A DNA stretch of 64,000 bases from Myxococcales bacterium UBA1660 (GTDB taxonomy: Bacteria > Myxococcota_A > Polyangia > Polyangiales > Houyiibacteriaceae). The position numbers and the translations under genes are program-made. The notes beneath the pieces are model-generated. The model searched no databases and was not told where the DNA came from. It was given only the letters and a program-made list of their open reading frames with translations. The stretch covers positions 3,071-67,070 of the forward strand of contig DCLA01000076.1 of assembly GCA_002320815.1 (NCBI GenBank), in the 5' to 3' direction. Of the stretch, positions 27,973-36,382 are shown piece by piece. Within the stretch, counting starts at the first letter, position 1. Each line of letters opens with the position of its first letter.

Positions 27973-30495
27973 ATGCGCGCCAGCATCCAATGGCTCCGCG
28001 AGCTCACCGGCCTCGAGCTCTCCGTCCCCGAGCTCGCCGAGAAGCTCACCAGCATCGGCCTCGAGGTCGACGCCATCGAACACTTCGACGCTCCCGCCCA
28101 CGTGGTGGTCGGGGAGATCCGCTCGAAGGAGAAGCACCCGGACAAGGACCGGCTCTCCATCGTGCGCGTCTTCGACGGCGAGAAGGAAGAGACCGTCATC
28201 TGCGGCGCGCCCAACGTGCCGGAGCCCGGGGGTCACATCCTCTTCGCTCGGGTGGGCGCCTCGCTCCTCCTGGAGGACGGGACCCGGCTGGACATCGCCG
28301 AGCGCACCATCGCCGGTGTCGCCAGCCGCGGCATGATCTGCAGCGAGACCGAGCTGCGCATCGGTAGCGGCAGCGCGGGCATCTTCGTCTTCGAGGACGA
28401 GCCCGGCGACGCGCCGGTGCCCGCCGCGGGGACTCCCCTGGCCGAAGCGCTCCCGGTGGGCGACACGGTCTTCGAGATCGGGCTGACGCCCAACCGGCCC
28501 GACTGCCTGGGTCACATCGGCATCGCCCGCGACGTCGCGGCCATCTACGGGCAGACCTTCGAGATGCCCGCCGTGAAGGCGCCCGCCCGCGTGGCCCCCG
28601 GCGTCGCCGGCGTGGTCCCCGAGAGCGCCGAGCGCCGCGAGCTCGCCTGGGAGGGCGAGAGCGAGGAGACCGCGGTGGACGCCGCCGGCCTCGGGCCCTT
28701 CGCGGTGGAGATCGCCGACGCGTCGCGCTGCCCGCGCTACGGCGCGGCCTTCGTGCTCGGCGGGAAGGTCCAGAAGTCGCCCTTCTGGCTGCGGAACCGG
28801 CTCCACGTGCTGGGGCTCCGGCCGCGCTCGAACCTGGTCGACGTGACCAACTACGTGATGCTCGAGACCGGGCACCCCCTGCACGGCTTCGACCTGGAGA
28901 CCCTGCGCGGCCGCAAGATCCTCGTCCGCACCGCCATCGAGGGCGAGACGATGACCACCCTCGACGACGAGGAGCGGACCCTCTCGGCCGACGACCTCCT
29001 CATCTGCGACGGGGAGGGCCCGGTGGCCATCGCCGGCGTCATGGGCGGCGAGGACAGCGAGATCGGCGACACCACCCGGCACGTGGCCATCGAGTGCGCC
29101 TACTTCGACCCGCGCTCCATCCGGCGGACGTCGCGGCGCCTGGGGATGCACACCGACGCCAGCCATCGCTTCGAGCGCGGCGTCGATCCCAACGACGTGC
29201 CCTACGTCCTCGCGCGCACCGCGGCCCTGATGGCCGAGCTCGGCGGCGGCGTGGCCCTGGCCGAAGGCATCGACGCCTACCCCGCGGCCATCGCCGCGGA
29301 GCGCATCGTGCTGCGTCACGAGCGGGTCGAGGCGCTGCTCGGCTTCTCCATCCCGGCGGCCACCGTGCGCTCGTGTCTGGAGCGCATCGGCTGCGTGATG
29401 AAGGGCGACTCCGAGCGGCTGGAGGTCTACGCGCCGACCTGGCGACCGGACCTGCACATCGAAGAGGACCTCATCGAAGAGGTCGTGCGCATCCACGGCT
29501 ACGAGCACGTCCCGGCGCTGGTCCCGGCCATCCGGCCGAGCCGTAGCGGGTCGCCGCTGCGCTCGAGCTTCGAGCGCCGCGTGAAGGAAGCGGCCGCGTC
29601 GGTCGGTCTCTACGAGGCCATCTCCTACGCCTTCGTCTCCCCCGCCGAGCTCCGCAAGGCGCGGGCGAGCGAGGACGTGGTGAAGCTCGCCAACCCGCTC
29701 AGCGAGGAGCGCTCGGTGATGCGCACCTCGCTCCTGCCCGGCCTGGCCAGCGCGGCCCGGCAGGCGCTCCGGCGCCAGGCCCCCGGCGTCCGCCTCTTCG
29801 AGGTCGGGCGCACCACGCACCCGCGCGATGGCCAGCTCCCCGAGGAGCGCGAGACCCTGGCGATCTTCCTCGCTGGCGCCGCCCACGGCCCCGACGGGAA
29901 CACCTGGATCGGCGGTGAGCGCGCCTACGACTTCTACGACCTCAAGGGCTTCGTGGAGAGCGTCGTCGACGGCATCACCGGTCGCCGCGTGGCCCTCGCG
30001 CCCGAGGCCGGCGTGCCCCCGTGGGCGCACCCGCGGCGCGTGGGCTCCATCGAGCTCGACGGCCGGCGCATCGGCGTCGCCGCCGAGCTGCACCCCGAGG
30101 TCGGCGAGGCCTTCGAGCTCGAAGACGTCCGCGGTCAGCTCGCGCTGATCGACCTGGACGTGCTCCGCACCTTGGTCGGCGACATGGACCCGCCGCGCGC
30201 GCCGGAGCTCCCCCGGGTGCCCGCCGTGGTCCGCGACATCGCGCTCGTGGTCGCGCGCGAGCACACCGCCGGCAGCATCGCCGAGGTGCTCGGCGAGGGC
30301 GGCGGCGCGCTGGTCGAGTCGGTGACCCTCTTCGACCTCTACGAAGGCAAGGGCGTCCCCGAGGGCCGCCGGAGCCTCGCGTTCCGGATCGTGTACCGGG
30401 ACCCCGAGTCCACCCTGACCGACAAGGTCGTCGACAAGGCGCACGCCAAGGCCGCGAAGGCGGCCAAGGAGCGCTTCCAGGCCGAGCTCCGCTGA
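27973..30495 (+). CDS. pheT: Phenylalanine--tRNA ligase beta subunit
   Basis: 840 aa. N-terminal MRASIQWLRELTGL, a tRNA-binding domain, B3/4 and B5 domains, and an FDX-ACB C-terminus (FDLYEGKGVPEGRRSLAFRIVY). Confidence 0.95.
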   Translation: MRASIQWLRELTGLELSVPELAEKLTSIGLEVDAIEHFDAPAHVVVGEIRSKEKHPDKDRLSIVRVFDGEKEETVICGAPNVPEPGGHILFARVGASLLLEDGTRLDIAERTIAGVASRGMICSETELRIGSGSAGIFVFEDEPGDAPVPAAGTPLAEALPVGDTVFEIGLTPNRPDCLGHIGIARDVAAIYGQTFEMPAVKAPARVAPGVAGVVPESAERRELAWEGESEETAVDAAGLGPFAVEIADASRCPRYGAAFVLGGKVQKSPFWLRNRLHVLGLRPRSNLVDVTNYVMLETGHPLHGFDLETLRGRKILVRTAIEGETMTTLDDEERTLSADDLLICDGEGPVAIAGVMGGEDSEIGDTTRHVAIECAYFDPRSIRRTSRRLGMHTDASHRFERGVDPNDVPYVLARTAALMAELGGGVALAEGIDAYPAAIAAERIVLRHERVEALLGFSIPAATVRSCLERIGCVMKGDSERLEVYAPTWRPDLHIEEDLIEEVVRIHGYEHVPALVPAIRPSRSGSPLRSSFERRVKEAAASVGLYEAISYAFVSPAELRKARASEDVVKLANPLSEERSVMRTSLLPGLASAARQALRRQAPGVRLFEVGRTTHPRDGQLPEERETLAIFLAGAAHGPDGNTWIGGERAYDFYDLKGFVESVVDGITGRRVALAPEAGVPPWAHPRRVGSIELDGRRIGVAAELHPEVGEAFELEDVRGQLALIDLDVLRTLVGDMDPPRAPELPRVPAVVRDIALVVAREHTAGSIAEVLGEGGGALVESVTLFDLYEGKGVPEGRRSLAFRIVYRDPESTLTDKVVDKAHAKAAKAAKERFQAELR

Positions 30496-30607
30496 GGCCG
30501 GCAGCGCGGGAACGCCGGGAAAACCGGGATCCCGCAAGCGGTTGAAATATGGAGCGAATCATGGTTGGCTACCCCTCCCCGACGGCAAGGCCGAGGGGGA
30601 GGGAACG

Positions 30608-30946
30608 ATGACGAAGGCGGAGATCATCGACGCGGTCTACGAGAAGGTGGGTGGCTTCTCGAAAAAGGAAGCCGCGGAGATCGTGGAGGCCGTCTTCGAC
30701 GTGATGAAGGAAGTTCTCGCCGACGGCGCGAACATCAAGATCTCGGGCTTCGGCAAGTTCGAGGTGCGCGACAAGAAGGAGCGCGTCGGTCGCAACCCGC
30801 AGACCGGCGAGCCCATCCCGATCAGCGCGCGGCGCGTCCTCTCGTTCAAGCCGAGCCAGGTGCTCAAGGGCGTTCTGAACCCGCACAAGGAGCGGCTGAA
30901 GCGCGAGAGCAACGACGACGACGCCCCGGCGGACGACGCCGGCTGA
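30608..30946 (+). CDS. ihfA: Integration host factor alpha / HU-family DNA-bending protein with acidic tail
   Basis: MTKAEIIDAVYEK...GFGKFEVRDKKERVGRNPQTGEPIPISARRVLSFKPS. Its position after pheT matches the conserved pheST-himA arrangement. Confidence 0.85.
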   Translation: MTKAEIIDAVYEKVGGFSKKEAAEIVEAVFDVMKEVLADGANIKISGFGKFEVRDKKERVGRNPQTGEPIPISARRVLSFKPSQVLKGVLNPHKERLKRESNDDDAPADDAG

Positions 30947-31048
30947 GGCCGGTGACGCGAGAAGTTGCTCGAAGACGCATTTCTCGCTTGCCTCCCCCGC
31001 ACACCGGGCTATGGTCCGCGTCCCCTGACCGCTTCGGCGGTCTTCGGC

Positions 31049-31122
31049 CGGGGCGTAGCGCAGCCTGGTAGCGCACCATACTGGGGGTGTGGGGGTCGCT
31101 GGTTCGAATCCAGTCGCCCCGA
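31049..31122 (+). tRNA. tRNA-Pro (anticodon GGG)
   Basis: Hand-folded. Acceptor CGGGGCG/CGCCCCG (C1:G72), anticodon stem CCATA/TGTGG with loop CTGGGGG, T arm GCTGG-TTCGAAT-CCAGT. Confidence 0.9.
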
Positions 31123-31127
31123 CCGGC

Positions 31128-31164
31128 AAGGCCCGACGCGAGAAATCACGTCGGGCCTTTTTTT
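31128..31164 (+). terminator. Rho-independent terminator after tRNA-Pro
   Basis: AAGGCCCGACG-(10 nt)-CGTCGGGCCTT stem followed by a T7 run. This is very unusual for 70% GC DNA. Confidence 0.85.
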
Positions 31165-31181
31165 ATCCGTCCCCCGCCCCA

Positions 31182-31231
31182 CCGACTTGCATAAGGGACG
31201 CTCTTGCACACTGGCACAAGGGACGCTCCTT
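31182..31231 (+). repeat. Family-A repeat unit U1; left arm of a perfect 50-bp inverted repeat
   Basis: CCGACTTGCATAAGGGACGCTCTTGCACACTGGCACAAGGGACGCTCCTT is the exact reverse complement of 32107-32156. Confidence 0.95.
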
Positions 31232-31291
31232 CCCCCCGCGCTCCCCGTGATCGCGCCCTGGCACCTACCTTCAGCCCGCCCTCCGCGCCCG

Positions 31292-31394
31292 CGACTTGCA
31301 GAAGGGACGCTCTTGCACACTGGCACAAGGGACGCTCCTTGCTGCCGACTTGCACAAGGGACGCTCTTGCACACTGGCACAAGGGACGCTCCTT
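31292..31394 (+). repeat. Family-A repeat units U2 (31292-31340) and U3 (31345-31394), tandem, period 54
   Basis: Each unit differs from U1 by one base at the same position (CATAAGG, CAGAAGG, CACAAGG). Each carries two AAGGGACGCTC cores 25 nt apart. Confidence 0.95.
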
Positions 31395-31487
31395 GCTGCC
31401 GGTCACTCCTCGTCGTCGCCGGTCCCGAAGACCCCATCCCTACCAGCCGAGCCCTCACGCCGGCGCGGCGGCCTTGGCGTCCGGCGG

Positions 31488-31886
31488 TCAGTCGATGTCA
31501 TCACGAGTCCCGAAGAGGCCATCGGCGCCGGCGCTGACGATGCGCACGCGGGTGCCATCGCACTCGATGGTGAACGGGTGTCCCCACGGATCGAGCAGGG
31601 ACTTGTCGGCGTCGATGAAGCCACCGTCCACGAGCTGGTGTGTGCAGGGGCAGCCGGCGTCCGGATGTTCGGCTACGAACATCGTGGTCGCCGAGCGGAG
31701 CGCCTGGGCCTGGGTGAAGCCCGTGTCGAGCCTGCACGGCTCGAAGCGCGCCCGGTCGACGGCTCCGCCGAGTCCACCGAGAGCGAGGGCGAGCAGCGCG
31801 ACCCGAAGCCCCCGACGTCGGAGGAGCGGCGGCCGCGGAGCGGGATGGAGGAGTTCGTCTGGGCGCATCGCGGCGGCGTGACTCAC
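31488..31886 (-). CDS. GspG-like (type II secretion pseudopilin C-terminal domain) protein without a prepilin signal
   Basis: ...LDPWGHPFTIECDGTRVRIVSAGADGLFGTRDDID matches the T2SS-G domain signature. The N-terminus has a hydrophobic anchor (LRVALLALALGGLGGAV) but no G/FTLIE prepilin motif. Confidence 0.65.
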   Translation of the reverse strand: MSHAAAMRPDELLHPAPRPPLLRRRGLRVALLALALGGLGGAVDRARFEPCRLDTGFTQAQALRSATTMFVAEHPDAGCPCTHQLVDGGFIDADKSLLDPWGHPFTIECDGTRVRIVSAGADGLFGTRDDID

Positions 31887-31996
31887 GAAGTGTGCCGCCG
31901 CGCGGCGCGCGCGAATGCCGAGCCAGCGGAGTCGGACCGCCCAGCCGAGATGTCAGCGTGTCGGTGCCGCCGGACGGGGATGACGACCTGGCGACG

Positions 31997-32046
31997 AAGG
32001 AGTGTCCCTTGTGCCAGTGTGCAGGAGCGTCCCTTGTGCAAGTCGC
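31997..32046 (-). repeat. Family-A repeat unit U4 (inverted orientation, 2 mismatches)
   Basis: The reverse complement reads GCGACTTGCACAAGGGACGCTCCTGCACACTGGCACAAGGGACACTCCTT. Confidence 0.9.
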
Positions 32047-32106
32047 GGGGTGCGCTGGGGCGGCGCGGACGAGCGCGATGAGTGATAAACGCGGAGCGTG
32101 GGCGGC

Positions 32107-32156
32107 AAGGAGCGTCCCTTGTGCCAGTGTGCAAGAGCGTCCCTTATGCAAGTCGG
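32107..32156 (-). repeat. Family-A repeat unit U5; right arm of the perfect 50-bp inverted repeat
   Basis: Exact reverse complement of 31182-31231. Confidence 0.95.
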
Positions 32157-32194
32157 GGTGCGCGGGGGGCGCGCATTTGGTAGCCCTCTCGGCG

Positions 32195-32974
32195 ATGGCC
32201 GAGCGCCCCCTGATCCTGGTGAGCAACGACGACGGCGTGAACGCCGAGGGCAACATCGTGTTGCGCGAGGCCCTCGCCGAGTGGGCCGATGTGGTCACGG
32301 TGGCGCCGCTGCACGAGCAGAGCGGCCAGAGCCACGCGATCTCGCTGCACCGTCCGCTTCGGCACCGGCAGCTCGACGAGCGCACCCACGCCATCGACGG
32401 CACACCCGTCGACTGCGTCTACGTCGCGCTCTTCCGCGAGGACCTCTTGCCGCGCCGGCCGGACATGGTGGTCAGCGGCATCAACCACGGGCCCAACCTC
32501 GGCGCCGACGTGCACTACTCGGGCACGGTGGCCGCCGCCCGCGAGGGCGCCCTCCGCGGCATCCCGGCCATCGCGTTCTCCGCCCTCGGCGGCCTCGCCG
32601 CCCTCGCGCCCGCGGCCACCCACGCCAGCGCACTCGCCCGCCGCGCGTTCGAAGCGACGCACCCCGAGGGCCGCCCGCTGCTCCTCAACGTGAACATCCC
32701 CACCGAGGTCCGCGGGATCCGCGCGACCCGGCTCGGGCACCGCCAGTACTCCGAGGGAGTCGACGTGCGGAAGGATCCCCGCGGCGGCGACTACTACTGG
32801 ATCGGTGGGCCCGGCGGCGTGAAGCACCCGCCGATGGACCACGCGGACACCGCCGCGGTCGACGCGGGCTTCATCTCCATCACCCCGCTCTCCCTCCGGG
32901 CCACCAACGCCGACCACCTCGCCTTCGCGAGCTGGGTCGCCGGTGACGCCCCCGCATCCACCCCCGAGCCCTGA
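32195..32974 (+). CDS. surE: 5'/3'-nucleotidase SurE
   Basis: ATG 32195. ILVSNDDGVNAEG, GINHGPNLG and YSGTVAAAREG. Confidence 0.9.
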   Translation: MAERPLILVSNDDGVNAEGNIVLREALAEWADVVTVAPLHEQSGQSHAISLHRPLRHRQLDERTHAIDGTPVDCVYVALFREDLLPRRPDMVVSGINHGPNLGADVHYSGTVAAAREGALRGIPAIAFSALGGLAALAPAATHASALARRAFEATHPEGRPLLLNVNIPTEVRGIRATRLGHRQYSEGVDVRKDPRGGDYYWIGGPGGVKHPPMDHADTAAVDAGFISITPLSLRATNADHLAFASWVAGDAPASTPEP

Positions 32975-32982
32975 AGAGACCC

Positions 32983-33519
32983 ATGAGCCACGACGCCGCG
33001 CTGCAGGCTGCCCTCGAGCCCCACATCCGTGACATCCCCGACTTCCCCAAGCCGGGCATCGTCTTCAAGGACATCACCCCGCTGCTCGCGTCGCCGGAGG
33101 CGTTCAATCGCTGCCTCGACGGCCTCGCGGCGGTGACCACCGAGGCCATCGACGTGGTGGTCGGCATCGAGTCGCGCGGCTTCATCTTCGGCGCCGCCCT
33201 CGCGGCGCGGAAGCGCCTGCCCTTCGTGCCCGCCCGCAAGCCCGGCAAGCTCCCCGCCGACACGGTGAAGATGGAGTACGCGCTGGAGTACGGCACCGAC
33301 GCGCTGGAGATCCACCGGGACGCCATCGCGCCGGGCAAGAAGGTGCTCGTCGTCGACGACCTGCTGGCCACCGGCGGCACCGCCCAGGCCTGCGGCGACC
33401 TGGTGCGCGAGATCGGCGGCGAGGTCGCGGGCTACGCCTTCGTGATCGACCTGGCCTTCCTGGGCGGCGCCGCCAAGCTCGCCCCCGCGCCGGTCCACGC
33501 GCTCATCCGCTACGAGTAG
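32983..33519 (+). CDS. apt: Adenine phosphoribosyltransferase
   Basis: IRDIPDFPKPGIVFKDITPLL and the PRPP loop VLVVDDLLATGGTA. Confidence 0.95.
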   Translation: MSHDAALQAALEPHIRDIPDFPKPGIVFKDITPLLASPEAFNRCLDGLAAVTTEAIDVVVGIESRGFIFGAALAARKRLPFVPARKPGKLPADTVKMEYALEYGTDALEIHRDAIAPGKKVLVVDDLLATGGTAQACGDLVREIGGEVAGYAFVIDLAFLGGAAKLAPAPVHALIRYE

Positions 33520-33553
33520 CGCGCGCGGCGGCGGCTCGCGCGACGCGAGTCGC

Positions 33554-33630
33554 TGGCGCTCCCGGGAGGATTCGAACCTCCGACCTTCAGCTTAGGAAGC
33601 CGCTGCTCTATCCAGCTGAGCTACGGGAGC
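33554..33630 (-). tRNA. tRNA-Arg (anticodon CCU), CCA encoded
   Basis: The reverse complement folds as acceptor GCTCCCG/CGGGAGC, anticodon loop TTCCTAA, T arm GGAGG-TTCGAAT-CCTCC, and 3' GCCA. Confidence 0.9.
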
Positions 33631-33890
33631 GGGAGCAGACCCATAGCACGTCTGTCTCCGCGGGCGAGACCGGAGCGCGCTGGCGAGCGCGAGCCGACCG
33701 CGTTCCCGGAGGGCCCACGCCGGCGAACGGACCCCGCGGACGGCCGCCCACGCCCGAACTCGGCGTCACCTGTGGTCGTCCGCACGAACCGGTTGCACCG
33801 GCCCTCGCGCTCCTGAAACGGTCCCCCGCATTCGTTGCAGCGCGGTTCATCCGCGCGCCGAAGCCGGGGCTTTTCCCGCGAACGGCCGGT

Positions 33891-33906
33891 TGGCACGCGC
33901 GATGCT
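33891..33906 (+). promoter_or_regulatory. Candidate sigma-54 (-24/-12) promoter TGGCACGCGCGATGCT
   Basis: Matches TGGCACG-N4-TTGCW at every position except one (A for T at -15). It lies 32 nt upstream of ATG 33938, with a GAGAGGAG SD in between. Confidence 0.5.
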
Positions 33907-33937
33907 CCGTCATGGGGTCGAGAGAGGAGTTCACCCC

Positions 33938-34825
33938 ATGAACATCGAGACCTTCTACCACGAGCCGACCTACACCCTGACCTACCTGGTGTGGGATCCG
34001 GCGACCAAGGACGCGGTCGTGATCGATCCCGTTCTCGACTACGACCCCCTGGGCTCGCAGACCGACACCACGGCGCTGCGCGAGCTGGACGCGCGCATCG
34101 CCGAGCTCGGCGTGAACCTGCGCTTCGTGCTCGAGACCCACGCCCACGCCGACCACCTGAGCGGCAGCCAGTACCTCAAGCGCAAGCACGACGCGCCGGT
34201 CGCCATCGGCGAGCACATCAAGGTGGTCCAGGAGACCTTCAAGGGGATCTTCGACCTGCCCCAGGAGTTCGCCACCGACGGCAGCCAGTTCGACCAGCTC
34301 GTCCGCGAGGGCGAGACCCTCCAGGCGGGCTCCATCCCCGTCGAGGTCATCGAGACCCCCGGTCACACGCCCGCGTGCGTCACCTACAAGATCGGCGACG
34401 CGCTCTTCACCGGCGACGCGCTCTTCATGGACGACTACGGCACCGGCCGCTGCGACTTCCCCAAGGGCAGCGCCGAGGCCCTCTACGACTCCATCCGCAA
34501 GCTCTACGCGCTGCCCGACGACACCCGGGTCTTCGTGGGCCACGACTACCAGCCCGGCGGTCGCGAGGTGAAGTGGGAGACCACCATCGGGAAGTCCAAG
34601 GCGAACAACCCGCAGCTCAAGGGTGACACCTCCCGGGAGGAGTTCGTCCGCTTCCGCACCGAGCGCGACGCGAAGCTCTCCGCGCCCCGGCTGCTCTTCC
34701 AGAGCGTGCAGGTCAACGTGGACGCGGGGCACATCCCCGGTCTCCACGGCAACGGCGTGCGCTACCTGCGGATGCCCCTGAATCTCTTCGGGCCCACCGA
34801 CGAGGTCGGCCAGAAGCTCGACTGA
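33938..34825 (+). CDS. MBL-fold metallo-hydrolase (glyoxalase II / persulfide-dioxygenase-like)
   Basis: ATG 33938. [10 protein letters not shown], the later GHTPACV and a DALF..D metal-ligand pattern. Confidence 0.8.
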   Translation: MNIETFYHEPTYTLTYLVWDPATKDAVVIDPVLDYDPLGSQTDTTALRELDARIAELGVNLRFVLETHAHADHLSGSQYLKRKHDAPVAIGEHIKVVQETFKGIFDLPQEFATDGSQFDQLVREGETLQAGSIPVEVIETPGHTPACVTYKIGDALFTGDALFMDDYGTGRCDFPKGSAEALYDSIRKLYALPDDTRVFVGHDYQPGGREVKWETTIGKSKANNPQLKGDTSREEFVRFRTERDAKLSAPRLLFQSVQVNVDAGHIPGLHGNGVRYLRMPLNLFGPTDEVGQKLD

Positions 34826-34880
34826 GCTTCGCGTCGGAGCCTCGGTCCCCGAGCGTTCCCACCCGAGCCCCTTCCGAGCT

Positions 34881-34921
34881 CGACGCGCCCCGAGCGGCCC
34901 CATGGCCCTCGGGGCGCGTCG
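34881..34921 (+). terminator. Very strong GC hairpin between the MBL gene and the ftsZ-like gene
   Basis: CGACGCGCCCCGAG...CTCGGGGCGCGTCG (14 bp) plus an inner GGCC/GGCC stem, followed by CTTTCT. It ends 42 nt before the ftsZ-like start. Confidence 0.55.
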
Positions 34922-34962
34922 CTTTCTGGAGACGCGCGGCGCGGGCGTGCTAGCGGAGGGGG

Positions 34963-35934
34963 GTGCAACCTCGGCTCAAGGTGATCGGTGTGGGGGGCGC
35001 GGGTGGCAACGCCATCGCCGCCCTCGCCAAGGACGTGCCCGCGGGTCTCGACCCGCAGTCGGACCTCTGGGTGGCCAACACGGACGCTCAGGCCCTGCGC
35101 AGCCACGACGCGCTGCGCACGCTCGCGCTCGGCCCCAAGCGAACCGGCGGCCTGGGCGCCGGCGGACGACCCGAGGTCGGCGAGGCCGCGGCCATCGACT
35201 CCGCCCGCGACATCACCGACGCCCTCGAGGGCGCCAACCTGGTCTTCGTGACCGCGGGCATGGGGGGCGGCACCGGGACCGGAGCGGCCGCGGTGGTCGC
35301 CGCCGCGGCTCGCGAGGTCGGCGCGCTCACCATCGGGGTCTTCAGTCGCCCCTTCGCCTTCGAAGGCCGTCGCCGGGCCAAGGCCGCGGACGAGGGGCTC
35401 GCGCGGACCGAGGAGCAGGTGGACTGCTGCGTGGTCATCGAGAACCAGCACCTCCTCCAGGGCGACCTCTCCATGCAGCAGGCCTTCGCGCGCGCCGACG
35501 AGGTGCTCGCCGCCGGCGTGCGGGGCATCGGCGCGCTCCTCGGCGGCCGCGGCATGATCAACCTCGATCTCGCGGACCTCGCGGTCTGCCTGCAGGTCGG
35601 CGGTCGCGCCGTGCTCGGTCTGGGCGAAGGCCCCGACCCGCTCATCGCCGCGCAACGCGCGGTGGCCTGTGACCTCCTGGCGGACACCGATCTCACCGGC
35701 GCCGGTGGGCTGCTCATCAGCTTCCGCGGACCGCGCTCCCTCGGGCTTCGAGCCATCGACCAGGCGGCCACCTGGCTCGCCGATCAGGTCGACCCCGACG
35801 CCGAGGTCCACTTCGGCCTGGTCACCGACGACTCCATCGCCCACGTCGAAGCCACCGTGGTGGCCACCGGCCTCGGTCGCGAGCCCGTGCAGGTCGCGCC
35901 CGCCGCGCCCCGCAACGCGCTCGTCATGCTCTGA
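34963..35934 (+). CDS. FtsZ-family tubulin-like GTPase, core-only paralogue (323 aa, no C-terminal linker or tail)
   Basis: KVIGVGGAGGNAI, tubulin signature GMGGGTGTGAAAVVA, T7-loop INLDLADL, and an FtsZ_C-like end at ...VVATGLG. Confidence 0.8.
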   Translation: MQPRLKVIGVGGAGGNAIAALAKDVPAGLDPQSDLWVANTDAQALRSHDALRTLALGPKRTGGLGAGGRPEVGEAAAIDSARDITDALEGANLVFVTAGMGGGTGTGAAAVVAAAAREVGALTIGVFSRPFAFEGRRRAKAADEGLARTEEQVDCCVVIENQHLLQGDLSMQQAFARADEVLAAGVRGIGALLGGRGMINLDLADLAVCLQVGGRAVLGLGEGPDPLIAAQRAVACDLLADTDLTGAGGLLISFRGPRSLGLRAIDQAATWLADQVDPDAEVHFGLVTDDSIAHVEATVVATGLGREPVQVAPAAPRNALVML

Positions 35935-36003
35935 GCGCCGCTTGGCCGCGCACCAAGCCGCTGCCGCGCCCCGTTCCGCCGGTGCGCTGCTCGGCCGCCG
36001 CGC

Positions 36004-36300
36004 TCAGCCGCCGGTGCGCCGCAGGGTCTCCACGTCCATGCGGATCTCGGCCATCTCGCCGCGGTACTCCGCCTTGCGGACGCCGATGAGGTAGTAGGCC
36101 GTCGCCACGAAGCTGACCACCGTCAGGATCGTCAGCGACGAGCCCATGAAGCCCCACTTCAAGTAGGCGGGGACGGCCAGGATCAGCAGCGCGAACGCGT
36201 AGGGCACGCGGCTCCAATCCTTCTCCAGGTCTCCGAGGAGGCCCTCCAGGCGGACCAGCTCGGCCTCCAACATGTCCTGCTTCTCGCTCACGGCGCTCAC
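36004..36300 (-). CDS. Small membrane protein (98 aa, 2 TM), hypothetical
   Basis: N-terminal amphipathic helix, then two hydrophobic segments (YAFALLILAVPAYL, LTILTVVSFVATAYYLI). Confidence 0.5.
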   Translation of the reverse strand: MSAVSEKQDMLEAELVRLEGLLGDLEKDWSRVPYAFALLILAVPAYLKWGFMGSSLTILTVVSFVATAYYLIGVRKAEYRGEMAEIRMDVETLRRTGG

Positions 36301-36382
36301 CTCTTAGCAGCGATGGGAGCATTCGCACACGGCCCCGTGACCCTTCTCGACATCGGACGGCCTGCTCCGTATCCCGGTTTCC

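Noticed and set aside
31211-31233. Sigma-54-like TGGCAC-N8-GC motif inside every family-A repeat unit
   Set aside because: The -24 element is perfect, but the -12 region reads ACGC instead of TTGC. Three copies point at the 3' end of the only nearby gene. The copy best placed to drive the GspG-like ORF (U4) has lost the GC. The match is probably fortuitous, though it could be retested with transcription-start data.
31182-31400. Possible CRISPR array (regularly spaced repeats here and at 50848-51069)
   Set aside because: The repeats are contiguous tandem units (25, 43 or 54 nt periods) with no unique spacers of uniform length. They occur in both orientations, and there are no cas genes in the window.
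31204-32403. ORFs 31204..31881, 31296..32081 and 31501..32403, which contain repeated peptides such as LHKGRSCTLAQGTLL
   Set aside because: The repeated peptides are just translations of the family-A DNA repeats in both orientations. These ORFs overlap the better-supported GspG-like gene and surE.
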